This document shows positions 18,806 to 27,433 of a DNA stretch of 64,000 nt, one piece after another; the stretch's first letter is position 1; the number at the start of each line of letters is the position of its first letter. The position numbers and the translations under genes are program-made. The stretch is from IMG/VR virus record IMGVR_UViG_3300020371_000002. One strand, given 5' to 3'. The notes beneath the pieces were generated by a model. It saw only the letters and a program-made list of their open reading frames with translations. It made no database searches and had not been told where the DNA came from. Source of the stretch: a virus. Taxonomy: Duplodnaviria; Caudoviricetes.

Positions 18806-19072
18806 AGGGGGCATTACACCCCCAAGGACTACTTGGGTAAGAAGGCTAGTCTAACCCCCATCTCCCATTCAGGCAGTCGCGAGTTCACGAGTGCGGGAGA
18901 ATGCTACGATGTTGTTCGCAGCGACATCAGATGGTTTAGCATCTATTGGTTGCTTATCCAAGCAGGTTTCAGTCATGCCCCTTGTACCCCGTCGAAGCCA
19001 GTGCGACCCCATGAGTGGAGTCGAGGGGAATCGAACCCCTGTCCGAAATGTAGGTTGCATCACCTATTCCAC
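18806..19072 (-). ncRNA. ssrA: circularly permuted (two-piece) tmRNA
   Basis: Acceptor piece ...TTTCGGACAGGGGTTCGATTCCCCTCGACTCCA (ends 19016), 5-nt spacer, coding piece GGGGTCGCACTGGCTTCGACGGGG (starts 19010); 7-bp acceptor stem with G3:U70; tag frame 18919-18869 ANNIVAFSRTRELATA. Outer ends approximate. Confidence 0.92.
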
Positions 19073-19082
19073 AAAAGTGGAA

Positions 19083-19156
19083 AGCCACATGTCGGACTTG
19101 AACCGACGACCTACGGTTTACAAAACCGTTGCTCTATCCAGCTGAGCTAAAGTGGC
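19083..19156 (-). tRNA. trnT: tRNA-Thr(UGU)
   Basis: GCCACTTTAGCTCAGCTGGATAGAGCAACGGTTTTGTAAACCGTAGGTCGTCGGTTCAAGTCCGACATGTGGCT. Confidence 0.96.
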
Positions 19157-19164
19157 AACTACGT

Positions 19165-19171
19165 TATTTAG
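19165..19171 (-). promoter_or_regulatory. late promoter CTAAATA upstream of tRNA-Thr/tmRNA
   Basis: 8 nt upstream of the tRNA-Thr 5' end. Confidence 0.55.
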
Positions 19172-19173
19172 AG

Positions 19174-19256
19174 TAGGAGTGGGGGGACTTGAACCCCCAC
19201 GCCCAGAGGGCAACAGATTTTAAGTCTGGTGTGTCTACCGATTCCACCACACTCCC
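19174..19256 (-). tRNA. trnL: tRNA-Leu(UAA)
   Basis: GGGAGTGTGGTGGAATCGGTAGACACACCAGACTTAAAATCTG..., long variable arm, GGTTCAAGTCC. Confidence 0.96.
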
Positions 19257-19261
19257 GATAC

Positions 19262-19438
19262 TCAGGGTGTGAAAACTAATTCACCATTTTGACAATGGGT
19301 ACGGCAAACATCTAGTACAGCAAGAAATTGATCAGAATCTTCGCAGTGCATCACTTTGGTATCACCTTCGTTTGAATGTAGATAGAAGGCCTTGCGTTCG
19401 ATGTCAGCGACGACTCGTGAGAGAAACTCTTCGTTCAT
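19262..19438 (-). CDS. conserved cyanophage hypothetical protein, 58 aa (not in track)
   Basis: MNEEFLSRVVADIERKAFYLHSNEGDTKVMHCED... Confidence 0.7.
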   Translation of the reverse strand: MNEEFLSRVVADIERKAFYLHSNEGDTKVMHCEDSDQFLAVLDVCRTHCQNGELVFTP

Positions 19439-19462
19439 TGGAGTAGTGTCTTGAACTCTCTT

Positions 19463-19491
19463 AATATAGGGTATTTTGGGGGTTTCGTCAA
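19463..19491 (-). promoter_or_regulatory. sigma70-like promoter TTGACG-17-TATATT
   Basis: exact 17-nt spacer. Confidence 0.75.
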
Positions 19492-19513
19492 GGGGTCAAT
19501 CCACGAACTGTCC

Positions 19514-19669
19514 CTATTTACCTACGCCGTAGTCCCCCTTCTCCTTGCCTGTCTCGGCTTCCAACTCACGAATGTCTGCGTGAAGACGTTCTACAGCAGC
19601 ACGAACCTCATCGGTCTCTTCCCATTCCCATGTATTACCTTTACTGTCAACAAATTGTCTATTAGTCAT
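19514..19669 (-). CDS. hypothetical protein, 51 aa (not in track)
   Basis: MTNRQFVDSKGNTWEWEETDEVRAAVERL... Confidence 0.65.
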   Translation of the reverse strand: MTNRQFVDSKGNTWEWEETDEVRAAVERLHADIRELEAETGKEKGDYGVGK

Positions 19670-19902
19670 ACGATTAATCCCTTTTCTTTCATGTAGTGTA
19701 GTGTTTCTTTCATGCTTCCAATATGTTTGGAACCAATACTAACCTGTGGATATGTAGCGTCACCACCAAACTCCTGTTCAAATTGAGTTTTTGTGAAGTG
19801 TTGATCTAATTTGTATTCGTGAAATTCTCCACCAAGTGATTTGAGCAACATGGATATGCGCTCACATTCTTGGCTTCCGTTACTGTAAATTACCGCTATC
19901 AT
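19666..19902 (-). CDS. glutaredoxin-like protein lacking CxxC
   Basis: IYSNGSQECER...ATYPQVSIGSKHIG thioredoxin-fold pattern. Confidence 0.8.
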   Translation of the reverse strand: MIAVIYSNGSQECERISMLLKSLGGEFHEYKLDQHFTKTQFEQEFGGDATYPQVSIGSKHIGSMKETLHYMKEKGLIV

Positions 19903-20083
19903 CGAGTTTGTCGAGAATTTGATTGATAAAAAACTGTTGTGAGTCTAGATCACGTCTCAAATCAGTGACCTGTTTCTCAAGTTGTCTGCATCTTTCAGAA
20001 GTTTTAAATAAATCTTCTGCAAGCATGTTTGTGTTCTGAACTAAAAGGTCTGTTCCGAATGCCTGTGTATCAACTGGCTCCAT
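19880..20083 (-). CDS. hypothetical coiled-coil protein
   Basis: ORF track. Confidence 0.6.
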   Translation of the reverse strand: MEPVDTQAFGTDLLVQNTNMLAEDLFKTSERCRQLEKQVTDLRRDLDSQQFFINQILDKLDDSGNLQ

Positions 20084-20243
20084 TCTTTTCTTCTACCTCC
20101 AATAATGATAGTTGTCTGTCAATCTCATAACGAAGAGTGATCAGGCTAGTATATAGATAAGCCTGCCACTTGTTATCGCGAAGAACCATAGTTAAAGAGT
20201 CTAACTGATTCTTCGCAATAAGTAATTTGTCTTTCTCATCCAT
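20070..20243 (-). CDS. hypothetical protein, 57 aa (not in track)
   Basis: MDEKDKLLIAKNQLDSL...; fills the gap with coupled start/stop codons. Confidence 0.6.
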   Translation of the reverse strand: MDEKDKLLIAKNQLDSLTMVLRDNKWQAYLYTSLITLRYEIDRQLSLLEVEEKNGAS

Positions 20244-21931
20244 CAGTCTTCAAACTCAGTCCAGTCGATGTCTTCCAACTGAACTGCTCTTTCTTCATCC
20301 TTTCTCTTTTTCTCATTGATGTGACCAACACCTTGCATGAATGACCAGGCCTGGGTCTCAAGTTCGTCTCGGAGATCGCGTAGAGCAGCAGTTACACCAG
20401 TATAATACTCTACTTTAGGCTTGTTGTCTGCTATTTTTGCATCTCTGTCAGACTCTGCAGACGAAATAGCAGAATCTAGACCACCACAACCACTAGGACT
20501 ATTAGGATTAACACCATAACCAATTGAACCAGATACGGTGCTTCCAAAACTAATAGTTACAGTAGTTCCTTCTTCAGGATATGATACAGCATTTCCCATA
20601 CCACGACCATCATTGGTAGTTAAAGTGGGCCACTGGTCATTACCTTCCCAGTATTCCACAAATCCAGCACCAACTTTAGGTTCGTCTTCGTCTCTAACTT
20701 CGTGCCAACTTGCAACTTTCTTTGGATCACCGTTGTTGACTAACTTAACTTTATTACCTTTACCTACTTTCTTACCTTCAGCAATACCAATTTCTACAGG
20801 ATCAATAGGATTTTTAGCCTCATCGAATTCAATACCACCCACGTCAGGTGGTCTTACAATGAGAAAAGAACTATTAGCCGCACCAACTTGTGTAATGGTA
20901 CTTAGAAATACAGCAGGATATGTTGATACAATACCCACTTGAATTTGATGTCCTTCTGTAGTTGCAATGGCAGGATTACTCGTTAAGAAGACATCAATTG
21001 TAATTTCCTCAGTCGTAGTAACTCCTACATTATTGACAAAAGTTGCATCAAAAGTAGATTCTTCAAATCCAGTAATTGTTGTGCCTTGTGGGAAAACATT
21101 ATCCGCATAAAGAACATCACCAATTTTAAAGTCACTTGCAAGACCAACTACTCTGTTTTCATAAAACTTACTGGTTCCACTAGTGGTCATTCCTGTAATA
21201 TTCTGTCTGACTGCTGGATAACTTGTAGTACCCAAACCAACCACTCTAGGAAGATTACCTGTTACAAAAATCGTGGGATCAGATAAGTCATCCGTAAGGA
21301 AGTCACCGATTTTAATAACAGAGGGAGCTCCACTGGATGAATACTCAATACCATCTGTACTAGCAATACCAATCAGATCACCAGCATCGTCATCAAATAC
21401 TACCATTACAGTAGTCAAACTATCAACAGTTCCATTATCAATCTGGTCAACTACATTTGAACCATATTCACGGTTCTTTGGTCTTCTGTAATATTTTACG
21501 CCATAATAATTTAACTGTTTTCTTGTACTTGGATCCTTTGCAACTTGATAGACATAACTATCCTGACCAGCAGTAGCTTTATTGCCCTTCTTCGTCTCTA
21601 ACAGTACCCAAGCAAGATCATTTTTACATCCAGCTGCAACCCTTGCTTTATATGCATCTGCAACATCATCAAGTGCATTATTCATCTCATCGATGAGAGG
21701 AGGCATCTTCTTGTCTACTTTATTGATAAGTTTATCGTACTCATCAATACGGGCATCAACGATAGTCAGTTGTTCTAGAAGCTGTTGGACCTGATTATCC
21801 ATCGAATCAAAGTCATCCCTGAGACTCTTAGCGACTTTCTCAGGAGTAAGTCCCGAAGTTAAACTTTCTGCATCTTTTAATTGTTTTGCAATTAAGTCGG
21901 GGGCATCAAGCCCAGAAAGATCAAGTCCCAT
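20243..21931 (-). CDS. putative baseplate/tail structural protein
   Basis: last of the ORFs downstream of gp5; beta-rich centre with coiled-coil ends. Confidence 0.6.
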   Translation of the reverse strand: MGLDLSGLDAPDLIAKQLKDAESLTSGLTPEKVAKSLRDDFDSMDNQVQQLLEQLTIVDARIDEYDKLINKVDKKMPPLIDEMNNALDDVADAYKARVAAGCKNDLAWVLLETKKGNKATAGQDSYVYQVAKDPSTRKQLNYYGVKYYRRPKNREYGSNVVDQIDNGTVDSLTTVMVVFDDDAGDLIGIASTDGIEYSSSGAPSVIKIGDFLTDDLSDPTIFVTGNLPRVVGLGTTSYPAVRQNITGMTTSGTSKFYENRVVGLASDFKIGDVLYADNVFPQGTTITGFEESTFDATFVNNVGVTTTEEITIDVFLTSNPAIATTEGHQIQVGIVSTYPAVFLSTITQVGAANSSFLIVRPPDVGGIEFDEAKNPIDPVEIGIAEGKKVGKGNKVKLVNNGDPKKVASWHEVRDEDEPKVGAGFVEYWEGNDQWPTLTTNDGRGMGNAVSYPEEGTTVTISFGSTVSGSIGYGVNPNSPSGCGGLDSAISSAESDRDAKIADNKPKVEYYTGVTAALRDLRDELETQAWSFMQGVGHINEKKRKDEERAVQLEDIDWTEFED

Positions 21932-22773
21932 TATGCAGCCTCCTTGTATTCAACTTGAATTCTTTCAACGTCTTTTCTTTCGCCATATACGGTGTAACTA
22001 CAATTTACTGGAGCAGATGCATTATTCTTAACCCTGATCTTTGTACCCCAATCAATAATCTCATAATATAACTCCTGATATGTCTCCTTTGGAGTTAAAT
22101 TGACAGTAATACTATCCTGTCTTACCAACCCTTTCCAATAATCAGGCAACTCAATTACAGTCTTTCCTTCCAAAACTCCTCTACAATAGACTCCGATCTC
22201 TGGACCTTCTAGACAAGTATGTGCAAGTCTCCAACCTTCCCCTTTAGTTGGGTGCGGAATATCAAACTTTTTGAAAGGCGCAGCAACTGAAGCAAAAGCC
22301 CCAAATCCCGCAGTGATTGAAGGAGTTGAGATATTACCAGCTGCTGTTAAAAGACCGTTAACGAGTAATTTACCATTAACAGTTCGTAGACCATTATCAA
22401 GACCTAACGCATTACCAATATTGAGAGCATTCTTAATATCAATACCATTTTTTAAACTCAGAGCATTCTTGATTGTAGTACCGAGTTTAGTAGTAAGTCC
22501 AGTAAATGTACTAACCGCAATTACATTATGAATACCAAATATGTTTGTAATACCAGTAACTTCAAGTGATGCTGGTAACGACACTGCGATTGGTGGACCA
22601 ATCATTACAGTCGCACGAGCAACACCTAAACCAATACCCAAACCAAAATATGCAGGACCATTTGCAACGAAAGTTCCTGGCGTAACAGTAGTAATACTCG
22701 CCAAGAAAGATACGTCAAGTGCTCCCACGATTAGTTTATCACCAACGTGGCCAATAGGACTTGTATATCCCAT
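21931..22773 (-). CDS. gp5-associated beta-helix protein with C-terminal KxFDIPHP...LEGPE domain
   Basis: short repeats LKNGIDIKNALNIGNALGLDNG; FKKFDIPHPTK...HTCLEGPE. Confidence 0.6.
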   Translation of the reverse strand: MGYTSPIGHVGDKLIVGALDVSFLASITTVTPGTFVANGPAYFGLGIGLGVARATVMIGPPIAVSLPASLEVTGITNIFGIHNVIAVSTFTGLTTKLGTTIKNALSLKNGIDIKNALNIGNALGLDNGLRTVNGKLLVNGLLTAAGNISTPSITAGFGAFASVAAPFKKFDIPHPTKGEGWRLAHTCLEGPEIGVYCRGVLEGKTVIELPDYWKGLVRQDSITVNLTPKETYQELYYEIIDWGTKIRVKNNASAPVNCSYTVYGERKDVERIQVEYKEAA

Positions 22774-23333
22774 TACTCTAAGAACTCCTTAAATCTTGTA
22801 AGACCAATCATTAATTTACCGAGGAAAGATGCTCTAACAAAATCAGTTAACTGACCAACTTCATTAGTAATACCAGCATTAATATTAATGAACTGTCCAG
22901 CAAGTCTGACTTCATGAGAACCCAGAACATTTACTGTAGTACCTTTAATATTAGTTACTGCGGCTTTTAAGTAGACATGTTTTGGTGAGTTAATAGTTAC
23001 TTCACCATCTTCAGCAGTTGCTTCAATACGAACATTTCTACCTTTAATTACAACGTCACCGAACTGTGCATCTAAAATAATTGCACCGTTCTCTGCTTGT
23101 ATAAGTTTAGCTGGTTCATCTTGATTGCACCTTTGACCACAAACATCAATAGATGTCTTGAGTGTTCTTTGTCTAGATACACCATCTCTGAACCAAACAT
23201 AACCCTGTGCATTATCAGTTAATACACCAAAGTCAGTTGTCTTTCCTTTGTCAGCACCCTTCTTAATCTGAACTCCCGAAGTAAAACGGAATCCTGGGTA
23301 TTGTCTAAAATAATATTTGGGTTGGTCAGCCAT
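22773..23333 (-). CDS. gp5 C-terminal-like (spike beta-helix) protein
   Basis: AENGAIILDAQFGDVVIKGRNVRIEA repeats directly downstream of gp5. Confidence 0.55.
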   Translation of the reverse strand: MADQPKYYFRQYPGFRFTSGVQIKKGADKGKTTDFGVLTDNAQGYVWFRDGVSRQRTLKTSIDVCGQRCNQDEPAKLIQAENGAIILDAQFGDVVIKGRNVRIEATAEDGEVTINSPKHVYLKAAVTNIKGTTVNVLGSHEVRLAGQFININAGITNEVGQLTDFVRASFLGKLMIGLTRFKEFLE

Positions 23334-25889
23334 TTAACTTCCAGGACACTGAACTTTATTGACGACTGCAATTCCTCTTCTCTTAAGTTCTTCAGGACCA
23401 AGAGTGGTGGTAACTGTAGTCGTTCTGGGTGTATATACCATAATTGGCAGTAGTTCTGCACCACTACCAGTATTCGTATTTATTACGATATCTGGGCGGC
23501 GTTCGAACTCAGTTTGACATGTGAGATTCTTAATTCCGATAATAGAACCCTGTGGATTAAGTACAAGATCGAATGTACAATCCCCATAACGTCCTTGATC
23601 GCCAGATGTGTATCCAAGGCCAGGACGATCAACAAAAACGTCTGTAGCAATACCAACAGGAACACTACTTACACCTGCAACAACCCTAGTAGTTACATTA
23701 TAGGTTGTGGTGTCAGCAATACCAATATAATCATTTTCACTAATATCCCGAATCGCACCTTGTTCAATGTTGATATGATAGTTTGTAGAACCTTGTAAAG
23801 GTTTATCGGGACAGACTTTAATTGCTTTCTCACTTGTAAATGATACCTGAGAAATGTCGGTTATGTCAATCCTATCGTAAACTTCATTACTTTCAGTCTC
23901 TATAATACTAATATGTCCCTTTCCACGTTTAACTGCTTCATTAAATTCAAATGTGAAACAAGTATTTGTAGAGACACCAACAGCATTATCTGGTGGAACA
24001 AGAACACTAAGTCCTGGCGCAGTTGTATCAGGAATAAAGGTTCCATCTGGAAGATCTGGTAGTGGATCTGGGAATGGAATTGTTTCATCACTCTCAATAG
24101 AGGATGGGCAATATCCAAAGCCAGGATCTCTAATTACGGTATTAACTACTTTTCCACTACTATCAATAATTGCCTGTACTTGAGCTCCACCACCATGACC
24201 TGTCTTATCAATAATTGCAACACTTGGTGCTTCCTCATATCCTCTGCCTGGATTTGTAATCACAACCGCAAGGATTGATCCATCAGAGGCAACAATGGGG
24301 TAACCCAATGCTTCTTTACGAGAACGTCCAACAAACTCTACTTTTGGAGGGATACAAACTGGGAATACAAATCCAGGCGGTGTATTACCAATATCATCTT
24401 GACTCTTAGGATTATCTCTAAGATTATTACACTCGATGAATCCAGCATAGTCTCCACCCATTAATGTAAGGAAGGAGAAGTTTTCACCTGCAGCAGCAAG
24501 TTCATCAAGAGTCATTGAATCTCCATCAGTGATAAGTCCATCCATGATAGACACCTTATCAAGCATACCAGCAAGATTCTGTGCTGGTTGTGTGGAGAGA
24601 CCCCAACCAGAAGTCCAGTCGGTGACTTTTTTACAACTAAGAGAATCACAATCAAGGAAACTCAATAACTGATTCATGAACGAAGATACAGATGACAAAG
24701 CACTACTAACACTAGACAAAGCACCAGTCAACCAACTAATACCATCCATGATGGGTTCTAGTAGACCATTAAGTGTCTTCATCAAAGCGGCGACCATTGC
24801 AGCAGTTGCCTGTTCAGCAGCGCAAAGAGGTGCTGCAATGGTTTTACCAATCAGATTTTTTAAGAACCCAGTAATCATACCGAGCATATCAATGCCCAAT
24901 TTCTCAAAGATACAGAAAATAATATCCATGATCTTTTTGATTGCATTTGCAATCGGTTGTTGCTGAGGTTCAGGTACAATAAGAGCAACAAAATCTCTAA
25001 ACCTCTTACCCAACCACTTCATCAATCTATCTCTCAGATTGTTGAAGATTTTCTTCATGATGCCCATGATAATGGCACCAGTCTTACTAATCAGACGATT
25101 AATATCTGAGATGAAATTTTGTACTGCGTCAACATATACACCCAAGAAAGATGTAAGACTGTTTGTAGTAGCAATAAAACTCCTGATTGTGTTGGTGATT
25201 TCACTTAAGAAATTCTGGTCACAACCATTGGGAATAGTGACTTGTTGTCCACCTGCAGCAAATGCAGTTTCTGCATCACTCTCTGGAAAAATTCTATCTG
25301 GGTTCTTAGATGCTTTAGAAGAAGTTGAACTATCACTAGAACCAGAGTTGGCATTGTTCTGGGGAGTATCAAGTGTTTGATTTTCTTTTGGAGGTCTCTG
25401 GGTGATACCAGATTTCATCGTTGGTTGTGCTTCAATTCCAGAATAAGGTCTAAACCTAGAACTTCCTTCACTGAGAACTTCGCTTGATGTAATTGTACTA
25501 GTAGCACTAGCATTTCTGTAGAGGGATCCAAATACAACAGGTTGTTGTCCCTCGTCACCATCCATGAAGAAACCAAAAACAGTTTCTCCACCAACCATTA
25601 AACTTGATTCGCCTAATGCACCATGTCCCGCTCCATGAGAAGCAGGAAGCATAACGTGAGCCCATGGCAAATCTTTATCTGGTAATTCATTACCATTAAA
25701 AGGATGATACCCAATAATACGGACTTTACAACGATAAGCCCAACTCATACCCAATTCTTTCTCATTTTGAGATTGAACGATTTCAGTTTTATCGTCTCTC
25801 CAATACTTAGGATGAGCTACTTGTCCAATCCACCATGTGAATTGATCACGTCCAAGAAATTGAGATTTTAAAAGGGTATCATCAATCAT
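23334..25889 (-). CDS. gp5: baseplate hub gp5 with inserted Ig-like (Big_5-type) domain
   Basis: GRDQFTWWIGQV...RCKVRIIGYHP...LPWAHV OB-fold; TTAPGL...PPDNAVGVSTNT.FTFEFNEAV. Confidence 0.85.
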   Translation of the reverse strand: MIDDTLLKSQFLGRDQFTWWIGQVAHPKYWRDDKTEIVQSQNEKELGMSWAYRCKVRIIGYHPFNGNELPDKDLPWAHVMLPASHGAGHGALGESSLMVGGETVFGFFMDGDEGQQPVVFGSLYRNASATSTITSSEVLSEGSSRFRPYSGIEAQPTMKSGITQRPPKENQTLDTPQNNANSGSSDSSTSSKASKNPDRIFPESDAETAFAAGGQQVTIPNGCDQNFLSEITNTIRSFIATTNSLTSFLGVYVDAVQNFISDINRLISKTGAIIMGIMKKIFNNLRDRLMKWLGKRFRDFVALIVPEPQQQPIANAIKKIMDIIFCIFEKLGIDMLGMITGFLKNLIGKTIAAPLCAAEQATAAMVAALMKTLNGLLEPIMDGISWLTGALSSVSSALSSVSSFMNQLLSFLDCDSLSCKKVTDWTSGWGLSTQPAQNLAGMLDKVSIMDGLITDGDSMTLDELAAAGENFSFLTLMGGDYAGFIECNNLRDNPKSQDDIGNTPPGFVFPVCIPPKVEFVGRSRKEALGYPIVASDGSILAVVITNPGRGYEEAPSVAIIDKTGHGGGAQVQAIIDSSGKVVNTVIRDPGFGYCPSSIESDETIPFPDPLPDLPDGTFIPDTTAPGLSVLVPPDNAVGVSTNTCFTFEFNEAVKRGKGHISIIETESNEVYDRIDITDISQVSFTSEKAIKVCPDKPLQGSTNYHINIEQGAIRDISENDYIGIADTTTYNVTTRVVAGVSSVPVGIATDVFVDRPGLGYTSGDQGRYGDCTFDLVLNPQGSIIGIKNLTCQTEFERRPDIVINTNTGSGAELLPIMVYTPRTTTVTTTLGPEELKRRGIAVVNKVQCPGS

Positions 25890-25895
25890 TTGTTA

Positions 25896-26123
25896 TCAGT
25901 CGTCGTAAATTAGACACTCAGGTTCGGATGGATTCTGGTCACAAAAGAGTTCGAGGTATGTCGGATCGTGATGATCTCCCGCTTCAATCTCTGCTTTATG
26001 ATGTTCTACATACTCTTCCAGATCATGCAGTTCGCCTTCAATGTGACGACGCATTTGTGGATTTGTTGTGGGATCTTGGAGGATTTCTTTATCCTTTGCG
26101 ATGTGTTGTTCGATGTTTTCCAT
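25896..26123 (-). CDS. cp12: CP12 Calvin-cycle inhibitor
   Basis: C-terminal DPTYLELFCDQNPSEPECLIYDD. Confidence 0.93.
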   Translation of the reverse strand: MENIEQHIAKDKEILQDPTTNPQMRRHIEGELHDLEEYVEHHKAEIEAGDHHDPTYLELFCDQNPSEPECLIYDD

Positions 26124-26134
26124 ATTAGGTTAGA

Positions 26135-27433
26135 TCATAGGCCATACGAGTCTCTAATCACAGTCATAGAAGTAGTCGCTTTACCCTTTTCAAAATGATG
26201 CCTCAAATTCTTAATGAGGTAATAACCACTAGCCTCTTCATCAATTTCGACTCTTGTGTTTGTGTTAGATGCCACATTGGGCAAAATAACTTTAACAATA
26301 TCACCAGCCCTTAGGCTAGCGTTTAAAGGCACATTGATATTTAGTGCCTGTGTGAACAGCAAGTTATACCTTGAGAAGGATCTTGCCATATCAGCATTGT
26401 CTCTACCAGATGTTAGATCAATAGAGTCGTTGAACATTCCGCGATCAGATGTTCGTACTAATATTCTACTCGGAACTTCAGCAAAAAACTCAGGTAAACC
26501 GAAATTGTCATTCTCTCCTAACTTATTGCCTAGTTCTTGTGACAAAGTATATTCATACTTATCCAATGACATCTTATATGGATCAAAGAAATATGTGTCA
26601 TTTCCATATAATCCGATTCTAAGATTCTTCAGTAAGTCAGTATTCTGACTTAAAACGTGATGAATAATCTTATTAGTATTCTCTGGATCAGCACCACCAT
26701 CGATACTGGAAGTATAAGTTAAGGTCTGAATGTCTTTATCATTACCTCCAATGGCTTGGGTTGTCTTAGATACCATCGACTCAATACTTCTAAAGTTAAA
26801 TCCATCCTGATTCTCATAAAAGAAATATCCTGATGTACCTTTAGATTTACCAGTCTCTCCACTACCACTAACACCAGCAGGACCCGCAGATGCAGGAACT
26901 GCCTTTGGACCCAACCAAGTTAGAACACTGAATGGTTTCTTTAAATTACCATAGAAACCGTAATTATTTTTTGTTGGTTCAATCTCTCCAATTCTATCAG
27001 TTTCAAGAACTTCTGTCAAAATTTTCTCAACAGTCGAACTAATACTCAAAGATCTATCATACTTCTTAGTGCATCTAGTAGTTTCGTTATTGATTGCTTC
27101 CAAAGAAGAAAGATTGAGAGTAAAACTTTCAGAACTCTCCCTTGCCATATATCCAGTGACTCCAGTCACATACAGAGGGTTATCATCCTTTCTACTCAAT
27201 GTCCCCATCAAGTTTGCAATTTCAACATCAAACCTCTCTCCACTACGAATAGGCAGTCCGTTATAAAGACCCGCAGTGTTTACAATTCTTGCCTTTGCAG
27301 TAATTGCAGGAGATAGTATATCCTCAAAATAATCAAACTCTGCGATAAAATTTGAAATATCGATAGCATTTGATTCATCATTAGCAGTAAGAACTGCTTG
27401 ATTATATTTTACGGCATCTAAATTTACAGCCAT
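26135..27433 (-). CDS. baseplate hub protein (gp27-like)
   Basis: FDYFEDILSPAITA..., YFFYENQDGFNFRSIE, LRAGDIV...SGYYLIKNLRHHF; position in baseplate module. Confidence 0.7.
   Translation of the reverse strand: MAVNLDAVKYNQAVLTANDESNAIDISNFIAEFDYFEDILSPAITAKARIVNTAGLYNGLPIRSGERFDVEIANLMGTLSRKDDNPLYVTGVTGYMARESSESFTLNLSSLEAINNETTRCTKKYDRSLSISSTVEKILTEVLETDRIGEIEPTKNNYGFYGNLKKPFSVLTWLGPKAVPASAGPAGVSGSGETGKSKGTSGYFFYENQDGFNFRSIESMVSKTTQAIGGNDKDIQTLTYTSSIDGGADPENTNKIIHHVLSQNTDLLKNLRIGLYGNDTYFFDPYKMSLDKYEYTLSQELGNKLGENDNFGLPEFFAEVPSRILVRTSDRGMFNDSIDLTSGRDNADMARSFSRYNLLFTQALNINVPLNASLRAGDIVKVILPNVASNTNTRVEIDEEASGYYLIKNLRHHFEKGKATTSMTVIRDSYGL

Noticed and set aside
18869-19063. 64-aa ORF MMQPTFRTG...
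   Set aside because: Runs across the tmRNA T-arm and acceptor stem; only the last 16 codons (the tag) are meaningful
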